NCBI GenBank assembly: GCA_964480775.1
Contig: CAYZRF010000007.1
Span: 1-32,000 of the forward strand
Length of the DNA stretch: 32,000 nt
Origin: an uncultured Nitrososphaerota archaeon
Lineage (GTDB): Archaea; Korarchaeota; Korarchaeia; Korarchaeales; Korarchaeaceae
Direction: 5' to 3'
The notes under the pieces were generated by a model. That model was given only the letters and a program-made list of their open reading frames with translations. It was not told where the DNA came from and did no database searches. This document shows positions 7,765 through 16,512 of this stretch, one piece after another. Both the position numbers and the translations under genes were made by a program. The first letter of the stretch is position 1; the number at the start of each line of letters is the position of its first letter.

Positions 7765-10340
7765 TCTTTAACCCTTCTCCTTCTAAACTCGATGTAGATG
7801 GCTGCTGGAAGAGAAATTATGAGACTCATTATTGTGAGCCCTTCGCTTAGAGCCACGTAGCCCAGCTTCTCAAATCTTACCTCGATATCAAAGCTCCCAG
7901 AGGTTTCTGGAAAGATCAACATCATGCCAGGTCCTGCCTTAAATATCTTTAGCCTCTTGTCTCCGAGATAGGCCGACCATCCCTTGTAATAGCTTATCTT
8001 TACGAAGAGAGCATCATCAGCTTCCGCTCCATTTACATGGATTGTCAGCCTTTCAGGCATGAGATAATCAAAGTTCAAAGTAGCACTCGACTTTGGACCC
8101 TTTTCGGAAACTGCTTTGATCATCTCTTCTATAAGAAGAGACTCTTCACGATTCAAGTGATATACGGCATGGTAAGGCAGATTCAAACCAGTCCATAAGA
8201 CCTTTCCATCACCATATTCCATGACTGCGGCTAAGACCGCTTTGTCCTCATCGTAAATAAGAGGAATAGCACCCCCGCGCAGGCTTTCATTTATCGTGTA
8301 TGATATGCCGTACTCTCCTTTGGTGAACAATGAAGTGTAAACAGGTCTCGATGTCCAGTTTCCCACTAAACTTAAGTTGAAATTGCTGTTTCTCGTCCAA
8401 CAATCAGTTATTGGGAAAGGTTCTTCAAGGCCTGTTGAAGCGCCTCCGTGAGGTAGATCTCCCGTATCAAGTATCACCGAGCCCCCGCGTCTCACGTATT
8501 CCCTAAGCTTATCATAGTAATTGTTCTCGTTCAGATACCTTATTCCAAAAAGGTAAAGAACATCAAACTTCGATAGGTTTTCGAGAGATTGGACATCAAC
8601 GAACTCTCCGCCATAAACTAGCAACACATCTTCGGCTCCAGTCGGAGAGATCGCAGCGAAGGTGCGCTGATAATCTGCAAAACTACCGAAGACCATGACT
8701 TTTATCGTATCAGATCCTATTAGTTCAACTAAGGAGGAATTGAAGTTCTCTACTTCATAGAGAAAGAGGAAATCAGAGACCCCTACAAGGCCCTCTCCAA
8801 ACCTAGGATTGTAAAAGAACCTAACATTGTACTGATTTGAAAAATATCTCAAATACGATGGGTCCGACAGAAATAAGAGATAATACCAGAAGGTATAAGC
8901 AAAATCGTTAATCATTTCAACTTGCAGGCTTCCTCCGCTCAAACCTACGTCTGTATAAAGATCAAGCCTCCAAATCCACTCTATCATATCTGTAGCAAGT
9001 CTTTCTCCTTTTCTGGCGTTGTTCCTCAACCATAACATATCTGGCGGGATTTCGGTCTCTATTAGTTTGTGGTGAGGAGCAATATTCACAAAAACCTCTC
9101 TTATCGCAAAGAAGGATGCTGAGACAAGTATAAGCACTAAAAGAATTGCGAATTTCTTCTTATAGGAGGATAGTACCTTCTGGGTGAGATAACCTGCAAT
9201 TAGAGCTGAAAACAAGGAAAAATACGGGGAAAACCTATTTGGCAGAGGAAAAGGGACTTTTAAAATCGGGAAAAGGAGCACAATGAAACTAATTATGAAA
9301 CCCACAGCAGAAAGCTTAGAATAGTCAGCTTTTTTGTCTTTGACAAGAATTGGCAACCCGATAAACGCCAGAGCTATCTGACCTGTGCCTGGAGACCACA
9401 AGTTCCTCTCATAATTAATTCCAAATATCCTCTTTAGGTGATCAAGGATTAACTCGCTCTTGGGTGGGGCGCCAGCTGGCAACAGCCCTATCTGCCAACC
9501 ACGAGTAACTTGAGAATAGCCTCCCTCGATAAAGAAGGGGATCCACCACCAGGCCGATAGCCCAAAACCGACAAGAATTATGCCCGCAAGAGCCTTTGGT
9601 AGGCGTAGAGTGTACTCAGGAAGTTTTGCTCCGGGCTCAATTTTAATGAAGAGCTCTGGTTTCATTATAACCATCAAAACTGAGAAAATTAAGAGAAGAA
9701 GAACAGATATGAAGGCGTCGTGAAAATGGGACAGGGATGTTGCAGCGAAAAGAGCTCCGCCAACTAACATATCTACAGTAGACTGTGTTTCAATAGCTCT
9801 AAGGAGAAAGTAGAAAGTTCCTATGAATAGAAAAACCCCGGTTATCATAGGAATTGCTCCTACATTCCAGAAAGAGTATAGATTGTATGAAAAAGTGAAG
9901 AAAATTGAAGACGCGAGAGCACCGGTTTTTCCTAGCCCAAGCCTTCTTGATAGGAGATAAAGGAAGGCAGATCCCATACCAAAAAAGAGATAAGTGTAAA
10001 CCCTGTAAGCTTGAAAAACATGGATCCTTAGGATCCATCCTATAAAGGCCATAGCTATGTGTGAGAAGGGGGGATAAAACCTTAGGGCAGGACAACCGAA
10101 AAACCAACCATCATTCCATTGAGGTAGCCCAGGGAGGTACCTCATTATCTTGTTGACGAGTGACATATGCATAAGGGGCGATCCTTCCCAAGAGGCCCAT
10201 TTCGGAATTCCTGGAAATACTATGCTAGCGGTGATCGCCGAGACAAGAAATGAAATTATTACTAGAATAGCATCCAAAGGTACCTTTCTTGTCCTCATTT
10301 TACCACCCTCTCGCTTAGAGCCTTTCCTAACTTCAACCAT
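7761..10340 (-). CDS. large polytopic membrane protein, GT-C-like (PTPS-related/DUF2298-like) putative glycosyltransferase, with a soluble C-terminal domain and terminal TM anchor
   Basis: 859-aa ORF. Its ATG at 10340 overlaps the end of the upstream GT2 gene by 8 nt. The N-terminal ~430 aa contain many hydrophobic helices. The first loop reads '...WNDGWFFGCPALRFYPPFSH...', as I recall for the '6-pyruvoyl-tetrahydropterin-synthase-related' membrane family. The C-terminal ~400 aa are soluble, and the protein ends with the TM segment LTIMSLIISLPAAIYIEF followed by RRRRVKE. It sits inside a GT operon. Confidence 0.55.
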   Translation of the reverse strand: MVEVRKGSKREGGKMRTRKVPLDAILVIISFLVSAITASIVFPGIPKWASWEGSPLMHMSLVNKIMRYLPGLPQWNDGWFFGCPALRFYPPFSHIAMAFIGWILRIHVFQAYRVYTYLFFGMGSAFLYLLSRRLGLGKTGALASSIFFTFSYNLYSFWNVGAIPMITGVFLFIGTFYFLLRAIETQSTVDMLVGGALFAATSLSHFHDAFISVLLLLIFSVLMVIMKPELFIKIEPGAKLPEYTLRLPKALAGIILVGFGLSAWWWIPFFIEGGYSQVTRGWQIGLLPAGAPPKSELILDHLKRIFGINYERNLWSPGTGQIALAFIGLPILVKDKKADYSKLSAVGFIISFIVLLFPILKVPFPLPNRFSPYFSLFSALIAGYLTQKVLSSYKKKFAILLVLILVSASFFAIREVFVNIAPHHKLIETEIPPDMLWLRNNARKGERLATDMIEWIWRLDLYTDVGLSGGSLQVEMINDFAYTFWYYLLFLSDPSYLRYFSNQYNVRFFYNPRFGEGLVGVSDFLFLYEVENFNSSLVELIGSDTIKVMVFGSFADYQRTFAAISPTGAEDVLLVYGGEFVDVQSLENLSKFDVLYLFGIRYLNENNYYDKLREYVRRGGSVILDTGDLPHGGASTGLEEPFPITDCWTRNSNFNLSLVGNWTSRPVYTSLFTKGEYGISYTINESLRGGAIPLIYDEDKAVLAAVMEYGDGKVLWTGLNLPYHAVYHLNREESLLIEEMIKAVSEKGPKSSATLNFDYLMPERLTIHVNGAEADDALFVKISYYKGWSAYLGDKRLKIFKAGPGMMLIFPETSGSFDIEVRFEKLGYVALSEGLTIMSLIISLPAAIYIEFRRRRVKE

Positions 10341-11013
10341 ATAAACGCCACTTTAGCAGGGAAAAAAACATCTTAAACGGATCTCTCCAAACGCTGACTC
10401 TAGAAGAACCCCTATAAACGTATTTTACTGGAACATAAGAAATGGAAAATCCCTTCTTAGATGCCTTGACTAGAATCTCAGCATCTATCTCAAATCCATC
10501 TGATTTAATGGGCCAGATCTCTTTAATTACCTCTCGTCTAATGGCTTTCAGACCCGATTGCGGATCCAAGAAATCTCTTCCAAATAGAACTCTTAGAACA
10601 AGTCTGTATAGTGAACTCAGGATTTTTCTAAGCACAGATCTCTTAACATCCACTCTTTGGGCTACCACCAAATCAGCCTCTCCTCTCAAGATCTTTTCAA
10701 CCATCTCAGGTATTTTCTCGGGGGGATACTCCAAGTCCGCATCAAGTACAACTATTATTTCCCCCTTGGCCTTTTCCAAACATCTCTTTATGCCAAAGCC
10801 CTTCCCTTTCCTCTCTTTAAAGCTTAACGAATGAACAGCGTAATGTTCTCTCGCAAGTCGTTCTATGATCTGAGGGGTTCTATCAGAACTTCCTTCCTGC
10901 TCGAGAAATATTTCGAAGTCATATCCTTTTGAGGAAAGTACCTCATAAACTCGTTGAAAGCACTTTTCTACCGTTTTTTCCTCGTTGTAAGCGGGAATTA
11001 TCACAGAGATCAT
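10333..11013 (-). CDS. GT2 family glycosyltransferase, dolichyl-phosphate hexose synthase-like (DPM1/AglJ-AglD class)
   Basis: The ORF track begins at TTG 11070. I prefer ATG 11013, which gives MISVIIPAYNEEKTVEKC..., the canonical GT2 N-terminus. It also carries 'IIVVLDADLEYPPEKI' (DxD). It is small and GT-A-like, as in Dol-P-sugar synthases. Confidence 0.8.
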   Translation of the reverse strand: MISVIIPAYNEEKTVEKCFQRVYEVLSSKGYDFEIFLEQEGSSDRTPQIIERLAREHYAVHSLSFKERKGKGFGIKRCLEKAKGEIIVVLDADLEYPPEKIPEMVEKILRGEADLVVAQRVDVKRSVLRKILSSLYRLVLRVLFGRDFLDPQSGLKAIRREVIKEIWPIKSDGFEIDAEILVKASKKGFSISYVPVKYVYRGSSRVSVWRDPFKMFFSLLKWRLYG

Positions 11014-11015
11014 GA

Positions 11016-11914
11016 TCAACGCCTCTTTTGATTCACGTATAATAACAAGTGGATTGCCACGATGGAACAAGGAAAAGGGACATTTCGGAGATAAAAGTTC
11101 TACTAGTGGTGTACGGACCCTTCGTATCTTTGACGAAGAATCCCTGGCTGGTTCTTACCATTATGTGCACATCTTGGTCTTGAAATTCTATGTCGTCTAG
11201 TTTTGCTCCAATCACAATGCTTGTTCCTGAAACCTGAACGTAAGTGGTTGAGACCACTTGCCAAGAGGAACCGGTCCAGCTATACAGGTTCCCATCAGAA
11301 CTCAATTTGTAGTCATATCCGTAGCTTCCTATGCTTGGACCTCCAGCTTTGGTGTCTAAGTAAACATCGTAGAGATATAAAATAGTGCTTGGTGCAGCCA
11401 CCTCAGCCAGCCTGAAGAAAACGTGAGTTCCATTGTTAGTCAAGTAAAGTGCCTTGTCATCCACAGCGGCTGGTGAAGCATCGTCTATCGGATCAGATCC
11501 GAACTGATACCAGTCGGATGGCCATGCTAGGGAGTTATCGATATTCGTTGATATAATCACAGAGTCTTGAACTCCGTAGGTTGAGTTAACAGCCGTTAGC
11601 GTAACTTGAACATTACCAGATATAGAAGAAGGCAAGATAAGCTTGACAATAAGCGTAGCAATCCCTCCAGAAGCTACGCTTACATCTGTATAGTAATTAT
11701 CCCAGCTAACTCCATTGGAGCTATATGCGACGTGGACATCTCCCTCGTTAAATCCGTCTGTGTCCTGCCATAGGTCAACTTCGATGGTTTTAGTTGAAGA
11801 TACATTGAAGCTAAAACTCATCTCAGAGGGGCCCGTGTTGATGATATATACGTTATATGAAATGTTTGAGCCAGCTGAGCAGGAAGAGGATTGATCAGGT
11901 CTAAAAAAGTCTGC
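11016..11914 (-). repeat. copy A of a ~0.9-kb duplicated gene segment encoding the shared C-terminal module of the two surface proteins
   Basis: Long identical runs are shared with copy B. One 41-nt run, gaaacctgaacgtaagtggttgagaccacttgccaagagga, occurs at 11229-11269 and 12996-13036. 'cgtctatcggatcagatccgaactgataccagtc' and 'acaggttcccatcagaactcaa' are also present in both copies. Confidence 0.85.
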
Positions 11915-12503
11915 TGTGTAATTCACCTCTACCCAAACCTGGGTACATCTTGCCTCGGTAGTAGACGCCCCTCTTAGGTCAACACCAGCCTCCAGAGAAT
12001 CGATGTAATTCCAACTCCAAGGCTCTCCCGTACTGGGATTTGTGGTCCAAGTTCTGTAGTATGTAGTCCAGGAACTCGACAGAGTCCTACGATCTTCATT
12101 AATGTTAAAGATGCTGGGAAAATCAGTTGAACCGACCCTCAAAACTGGTCTAGTAAATACAAGCAATCCAGTCCCACTTTTCCGACATCTAACATAAACA
12201 GTTACTGAATTAATGATTCCAGATCCTTGAGAATGATTTTGGAGACTATATGTATCCCGTCCATAGGGATAAGGAGTAGTCGTGTAATAAACGTATGTGG
12301 AATCCTCATCAGGCATAGTTTCATCAACGCACTCCCAGTTTTCATTGCCGCTTGGATAAGGATTTAGAAGGTACCAACTTCCATTTCCGTCTGGCCTCAA
12401 AATCTCAGTATCTGGCTTCCCTATTATTTCTATTCTTAAATGACAAGTTGTTTCGATAAAAATTAGAAAAAGCAGAATAAATGTGAGAAAAAAATCGTCT
12501 CAC
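11016..12503 (-). pseudogene. secreted surface-protein paralog, disrupted by two 1-nt frameshifts (or a recoded gene); the intact central ORF is 11033..12400 (455 codons)
   Basis: GTG at 12503 lies 7 nt after AAGGAGG and encodes MRR. A T7 run follows (A7 on the plus strand, 12488-12494). With T6 the frame would continue MRRFFLTFILLFLIFIETTCHLRIEIIGKPDTEILRPDGNGSWY..., a signal peptide joined to the 455-codon ORF. At the 3' end, around 11062/11063, one base is missing relative to the paralog. The restored frame reads ...LFLVP(I)VAIHLLLYVNQKRR* and stops at 11016, aligning with PIATILLLVYISKKRSK* of the 1025-aa protein. Confidence 0.7.
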
Positions 12504-12778
12504 CCGGGACCCTCCTTATAGGATGTTTGCCAGATCCGCTCATGGTTTGAGCATAAGCACCCAGACCTTTCACGAAACTGACATAAATTCCTTATTGCCC
12601 CTGAATATTATTTTTTGTATGTAAGCGGGTAATAACTATTTCTATTTTATGATATCTTTGTTTTCTCAGATGTAATTTAAACGTTTTTCGAGGGCTTATA
12701 GATCCTCTTGGTAAAGGAAATTAAAGTCAAAGCTTCAAAATCCTGAGACGTAAACTTATTCCTCAAGTCTCGCTTTTT

Positions 12779-13705
12779 CTATTTGGATCTCTTTTTACTT
12801 ATGTACACAAGCAACAGAATGGTAGCGATTGGGACGATAAATAGAGGCATCTCAAATATGAACGTTCTCGTTGTGGTATATGGGCCTTTTTCATCCTTAA
12901 GGACTGTTCCTTCATAGGTTCTCACAAGTATGTGCACGTCTTGATCCTCAAATACCATGTCACTGAGGTTAGCTCCAATCACAATGCTTGTTCCCGAAAC
13001 CTGAACGTAAGTGGTTGAGACCACTTGCCAAGAGGAGCCAGTCCAGTTGTACAGGTTCCCATCAGAACTCAACTTGTAGTTATAAGTGTAATTTCCTATG
13101 TTTTGACCTCCCGTTCTTGTGTCCATGTATACTTCATATCGATAAGAGACAGTACTTGGCGTTGCCGCCTCAGCCAGCCTGAAGAAAACGTGGGTTCCAT
13201 TGTTAACTGTGTAAAACGACTTGTCATCCACGGCTGGAGGAGAAACGTCGTCTATCGGATCAGATCCGAACTGATACCAGTCAGATGGCCATGCCAGGTA
13301 ATTATCGATTATCGTTGATATAAGAACAAAGTCGTGAGCACCAGAACCCGAACCAGTTGCTGTCAGATTCACTTGGACCGTGCCTGATGCTGATGAAGGT
13401 AGGATTATCGTTACAATAAGCGTTGCGCTAGCACCAGAGGAAACACTAATGTCCGGTTCACCATTTGAGTTGCTGTCGCTGTAAACAGAATCCCATACCC
13501 CATCTCCATCTGCGTCATATGCTATGTGCGTGTCTCCGCCATCCATCCAATCTGTATCAACCCAGATGTCTACCCCAACTGACAGATTAGAGCTTCCTTG
13601 TAGGTCAAATACATCGTCTGAGGATCCAGTATTGATTAAGTAAACGTTATACGATACATTTGAGCCCGCGGCTGCTGAGAATGTCTGATTGGGCTTGAAC
13701 TCCAC
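12779..13705 (-). repeat. copy B of the duplicated C-terminal module segment
   Basis: See copy A. At the protein level the module runs from GVEFKPNQTFSAAAGSNVSYNVYLINTG to the C-terminus. It aligns with ADFFRPDQSSSCSAGSNISYNVYIINTG to the end of the 455-codon ORF. Confidence 0.85.
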
Positions 13706-15856
13706 TCCTCCTACAACAACTGTGAAAGTGGTCGAACCACAATGGGAAACCCCATTAGTCTCCTTGGACAGAACAACTACGAGGTACTCACCCGTTGGAG
13801 CCGTGGAAGATAGTGGATAATCATACCTAAATATCTTGTAAAGAGAGGGGGAACTTGGATCTGTCGTTTCCAAGGTCATGGTTTGGTTATTCACAGCCTT
13901 AGTGTTGTTGGGGAAGTATATTGTGACCCAGGCCCCCACTATATCGCCAGATCCAAAAGGATCGGTAACGTTGGCCTTGACGACAACGGTTTCCCCTGGA
14001 TTAAAGGTGGATTTCTCCGTATTCGTCTGGTCATATGTCTTCACCCATTCTAAATTGACGAATGTGGAGGTAGGTATCTCAATTCTTGAATTGTAGGTCT
14101 GAGAGTTGTAGTAAACCTCAATCCAAGGGGTAGTAAAACCTGACTCTGTAAGAACTTCTACCTTTAGAGTTATGGCATCTCCGCTTGGTATGCTGCTAAT
14201 GCCTGATATCGTGAATGTATACCAGCCAGCACTCGTTATATCGTTAATAGTATCTGAATAAACAGGACTTCCATCGTAAGTTAGGCTTACCCTAACATCA
14301 GGATATAGATACACGAAAAACCATCCAGGATGGGGTACAATGTATAAATTAACAGTTATATCATCTGAAACTATTAAATCTGATGCAAAGGGAGGAGATT
14401 GAGTCCAAGAAGCTGATCCACCGTTGCTTATGCTCTCACTAAGCGAAGAAGTTCCTTCCTGCGTCTTCAATGAGTACCCATTTCGCAAGTAAAGTTGCTT
14501 ATATATTGGATAAGCTCGGGTCTTCAGATTACATATCGGACCAACGGTTTCTGAGGATCCAGTTATGGGAGAAGTGTAAGTGGCCTTTGTTCCCTGGGGT
14601 CCTGGGGGCATGTTTATGGAGAACTGTGAACTCGATGATGGCGTGATTGATACTCTGTACCTCATCTCTGCATACGAGCCAGCAGACAGGGACCCAACAC
14701 TCCAATCGATCCTTCTATTAACGGAATCATAGGTGGCACTACCTGCTGTGGTTGTTAGAGAGTCCTGCCATGTCACATCTGATGATACGTAATCTACAAC
14801 AGCAACATTGTTTAGCGTTAAGGAAGTGGGATTGCTTATTCTAACCCTCACTTCAAATGTGCTAGTAATGCCAACGCGAGGAGGATCGGGTCCAGAGACC
14901 GTTATGTAACTCTTTGAGAGGATGGGTTTTGGAGGTGCTTCTCCTGAGTCCGTTGGTAGGTATATTTTGATAGGATTTCCATCATAATCATAGGCTTCGA
15001 CTACACCGTAGTTGCCCCCAGATCCGTAATATGTGATGTTTACCTCTAGGTGCCACAAGCCATAATCATCAGACTCTGTATCTTGCGTCCAACCAGAAAT
15101 TGTGTGAGAATTCCAGGCAGCATTATTTGAAAGTTCAGTGTCATCAAATTCATCGGAGAAACTACCAGATGGACTTGTGACTCTTATGTAACCTTGGCTA
15201 CCGCTAGCATCTGTGTCCCAATCCCACTCTCTTATGCTGAACTGGCAACCCTGATGAACATAGAGGTAAAGGTCATATTTCCTTGACTGGGAGGGGTTGG
15301 TGCCGACGCTAGCCCTGTAGAAGTAGATGTTCAGACCGTTTGCTCTTAGTCCAAAGTAGTTAATGTCATCTCCAGAAGTGACAGCACTCGAAGAATCTAC
15401 TCTTAACTCCCAGACACCACTTGAGGGGTTGGAGACCTGGTAGAAATCCCACCAAACCCCATCGCTACCTGAAGGACCCGAGGAATCTGCAGTAATTGAT
15501 GTTACCTGTGCTCCGCTGGGATCATACAACGTGAATTTCGTTGAGGTATCCCAGGAAAAACCTCTACGCCTGTCCCTGTTAGCTGATTCTTCAGCACTTC
15601 CTCCCAAACCTACATCTGGATCAAATATGTCTATGTCAAGTACTGAGGTTCCAGGAGGGACTTCTATGTAAAACGAATAGTAGGTATTTGCTCCATCGCT
15701 TGTGCTGTAATAGTCTCCATATTCTGATGGAGCCCCAGAACCCTGAACGCAGAGCCACTGTCCATTTAAAGAAGACGAAGTTGAGACGTGTTCAAAAGGT
15801 ATAGATGCTAGAAGCATCAGAACTAGTAAAATTAACGTTGATACGAGCCTTCTCAA
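12779..15856 (-). CDS. large secreted surface (S-layer/adhesin-like) glycoprotein candidate with a DUF11-type repeat and a C-terminal motif+TM+basic sorting signal
   Basis: 1025-aa ORF. The TTG start at 15856 is preceded by GAGG. The signal peptide is MRRLVSTLILLVLMLLASIPFEHV. The protein is Ser/Thr/Gly/Asp/Tyr/Trp-rich and beta-type. A DUF11-like segment reads 'VVDYVSSDVTWQDSLTTTAGSATYDSVNRRIDWSVGSLSAGSYAEMRYRVSITP'. I count about a dozen N-x-S/T sequons, mostly in the C-terminal half. The C-terminus is ...TTRTFIFEMPLFIVPIATILLLVYISKKRSK. Confidence 0.8.
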   Translation of the reverse strand: MRRLVSTLILLVLMLLASIPFEHVSTSSSLNGQWLCVQGSGAPSEYGDYYSTSDGANTYYSFYIEVPPGTSVLDIDIFDPDVGLGGSAEESANRDRRRGFSWDTSTKFTLYDPSGAQVTSITADSSGPSGSDGVWWDFYQVSNPSSGVWELRVDSSSAVTSGDDINYFGLRANGLNIYFYRASVGTNPSQSRKYDLYLYVHQGCQFSIREWDWDTDASGSQGYIRVTSPSGSFSDEFDDTELSNNAAWNSHTISGWTQDTESDDYGLWHLEVNITYYGSGGNYGVVEAYDYDGNPIKIYLPTDSGEAPPKPILSKSYITVSGPDPPRVGITSTFEVRVRISNPTSLTLNNVAVVDYVSSDVTWQDSLTTTAGSATYDSVNRRIDWSVGSLSAGSYAEMRYRVSITPSSSSQFSINMPPGPQGTKATYTSPITGSSETVGPICNLKTRAYPIYKQLYLRNGYSLKTQEGTSSLSESISNGGSASWTQSPPFASDLIVSDDITVNLYIVPHPGWFFVYLYPDVRVSLTYDGSPVYSDTINDITSAGWYTFTISGISSIPSGDAITLKVEVLTESGFTTPWIEVYYNSQTYNSRIEIPTSTFVNLEWVKTYDQTNTEKSTFNPGETVVVKANVTDPFGSGDIVGAWVTIYFPNNTKAVNNQTMTLETTDPSSPSLYKIFRYDYPLSSTAPTGEYLVVVLSKETNGVSHCGSTTFTVVVGGVEFKPNQTFSAAAGSNVSYNVYLINTGSSDDVFDLQGSSNLSVGVDIWVDTDWMDGGDTHIAYDADGDGVWDSVYSDSNSNGEPDISVSSGASATLIVTIILPSSASGTVQVNLTATGSGSGAHDFVLISTIIDNYLAWPSDWYQFGSDPIDDVSPPAVDDKSFYTVNNGTHVFFRLAEAATPSTVSYRYEVYMDTRTGGQNIGNYTYNYKLSSDGNLYNWTGSSWQVVSTTYVQVSGTSIVIGANLSDMVFEDQDVHILVRTYEGTVLKDEKGPYTTTRTFIFEMPLFIVPIATILLLVYISKKRSK

Positions 15857-15863
15857 GAATCCT

Positions 15864-16481
15864 CTACTCCCCCGGCTTTCTTTTTGCTTCTGGATTTGAA
15901 TACCGAAGGTAAAGTGAAAAGAACCCTTTCTTAGGAACCATAGGTGCTTTAGAAGTAATTACCACCTTAGAGCCCTCTATACTCACATTGAACGCGTCTT
16001 CAGGAGAAATTTTGAGTTCTTTTACCTCTGCTCCCTTTGGCAAGACAAATGTTATGGACAGATTCGTTGAAACACCTGTTAAACCTATTTTTTCCAATAA
16101 AAGGGCGATAGTTGAGGCCATATCCTCTTGGACGACGAAATCAATCCCGTCGCAAGGAGGAGAATGTCCAGTTAGCTTCAAGGATACTGATGCCTCTCCG
16201 CCTTTGAAGCTAAAGCTGACAAATTCACTTGATACCTTCAACCTCTCTGACAAAAGAGATTCGGGTTTCTTGGAGCTTCCTAGCATTTTACTAAATGCCA
16301 TCGCAGAGTCTCCAGATAATTTGATGTCTACGAAGGCTTTGGTAGACTTTTGGCTAAAAACAAATTTCAGATCGACCGAGATGGATGATGCCAATGGCTG
16401 TTGAGCATTCATCCTTACCGAGATCCCGGCGACTATCGAAAGTAACGCAATTATTATGAGAGCAGAGGCAGTTAACTTCAT
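15864..16481 (-). CDS. secreted or membrane-anchored protein of unknown function, encoded between the archaeosortase-like gene and its putative cargo
   Basis: The ORF track starts at TTG 16499. I prefer ATG 16481, which gives MKLTASALIIIALLSIVAGISV..., a signal or anchor helix, because a TATA-like box sits about 27 nt upstream. The stop lies 7 nt before the start of the 1025-aa gene. I recognise no family. Confidence 0.6.
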   Translation of the reverse strand: MKLTASALIIIALLSIVAGISVRMNAQQPLASSISVDLKFVFSQKSTKAFVDIKLSGDSAMAFSKMLGSSKKPESLLSERLKVSSEFVSFSFKGGEASVSLKLTGHSPPCDGIDFVVQEDMASTIALLLEKIGLTGVSTNLSITFVLPKGAEVKELKISPEDAFNVSIEGSKVVITSKAPMVPKKGFFSLYLRYSNPEAKRKPGE

Positions 16482-16504
16482 GATAAGTAGGTAGTCCAAA
16501 ATGA

Positions 16505-16512
16505 TTATTTAA
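16505..16512 (-). promoter_or_regulatory. TATA-like box (TTAAATAA on the minus strand) with an upstream purine-rich BRE-like AAAAG
   Basis: The minus strand reads ACAAAAGCTTAAATAATCAT (16520->16501). The box centre is about 27 nt from ATG 16481. It lies in the only sizeable gap (137 nt) of the 20172->12779 gene string. Confidence 0.4.

Noticed and set aside
7761-10340. Calling the 859-aa membrane protein AglB/STT3 oligosaccharyltransferase
   Set aside because: I could not find a WWDYG-type motif or other STT3 hallmarks by eye; only 'WWWIPFF' is present. I therefore kept it as a GT-C-like protein of uncertain family.
10442-10834. 130-aa ORF antisense to the Dol-P-type GT2 gene. Similar antisense ORFs occur at 1031..1240, 3478..3705, 13025..13318, 15988..16404, 17870..18347, 19709..19900, 20423..20744, 23009..23309, 25257..25442, 27109..27318, 29439..29735, 30205..30441 and 31271..31630.
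   Set aside because: All lie opposite longer ORFs that have family-specific motifs or convincing membrane or secretion features. Their own sequences are Ser/Leu/Pro-rich with no motifs and no SD or TATA context.
12504-12778. The 275-nt non-coding gap, along with the gaps at 16500-16636, 20173-20377 and 28839-29038, as possible tRNA or small RNA genes
   Set aside because: All are AT-rich. None shows cloverleaf-compatible GC-rich stems or long conserved-looking helices. They look like promoter and terminator regions. An ncRNA cannot be excluded without covariance-model scans.
11016-13705. The duplicated ~0.9-kb segments as an IS element or other mobile element
   Set aside because: Both copies are in-frame C-terminal portions of surface-protein genes in direct orientation. 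There is no transposase, no terminal inverted repeats and no target duplications. This is paralogous gene duplication, not mobile DNA.
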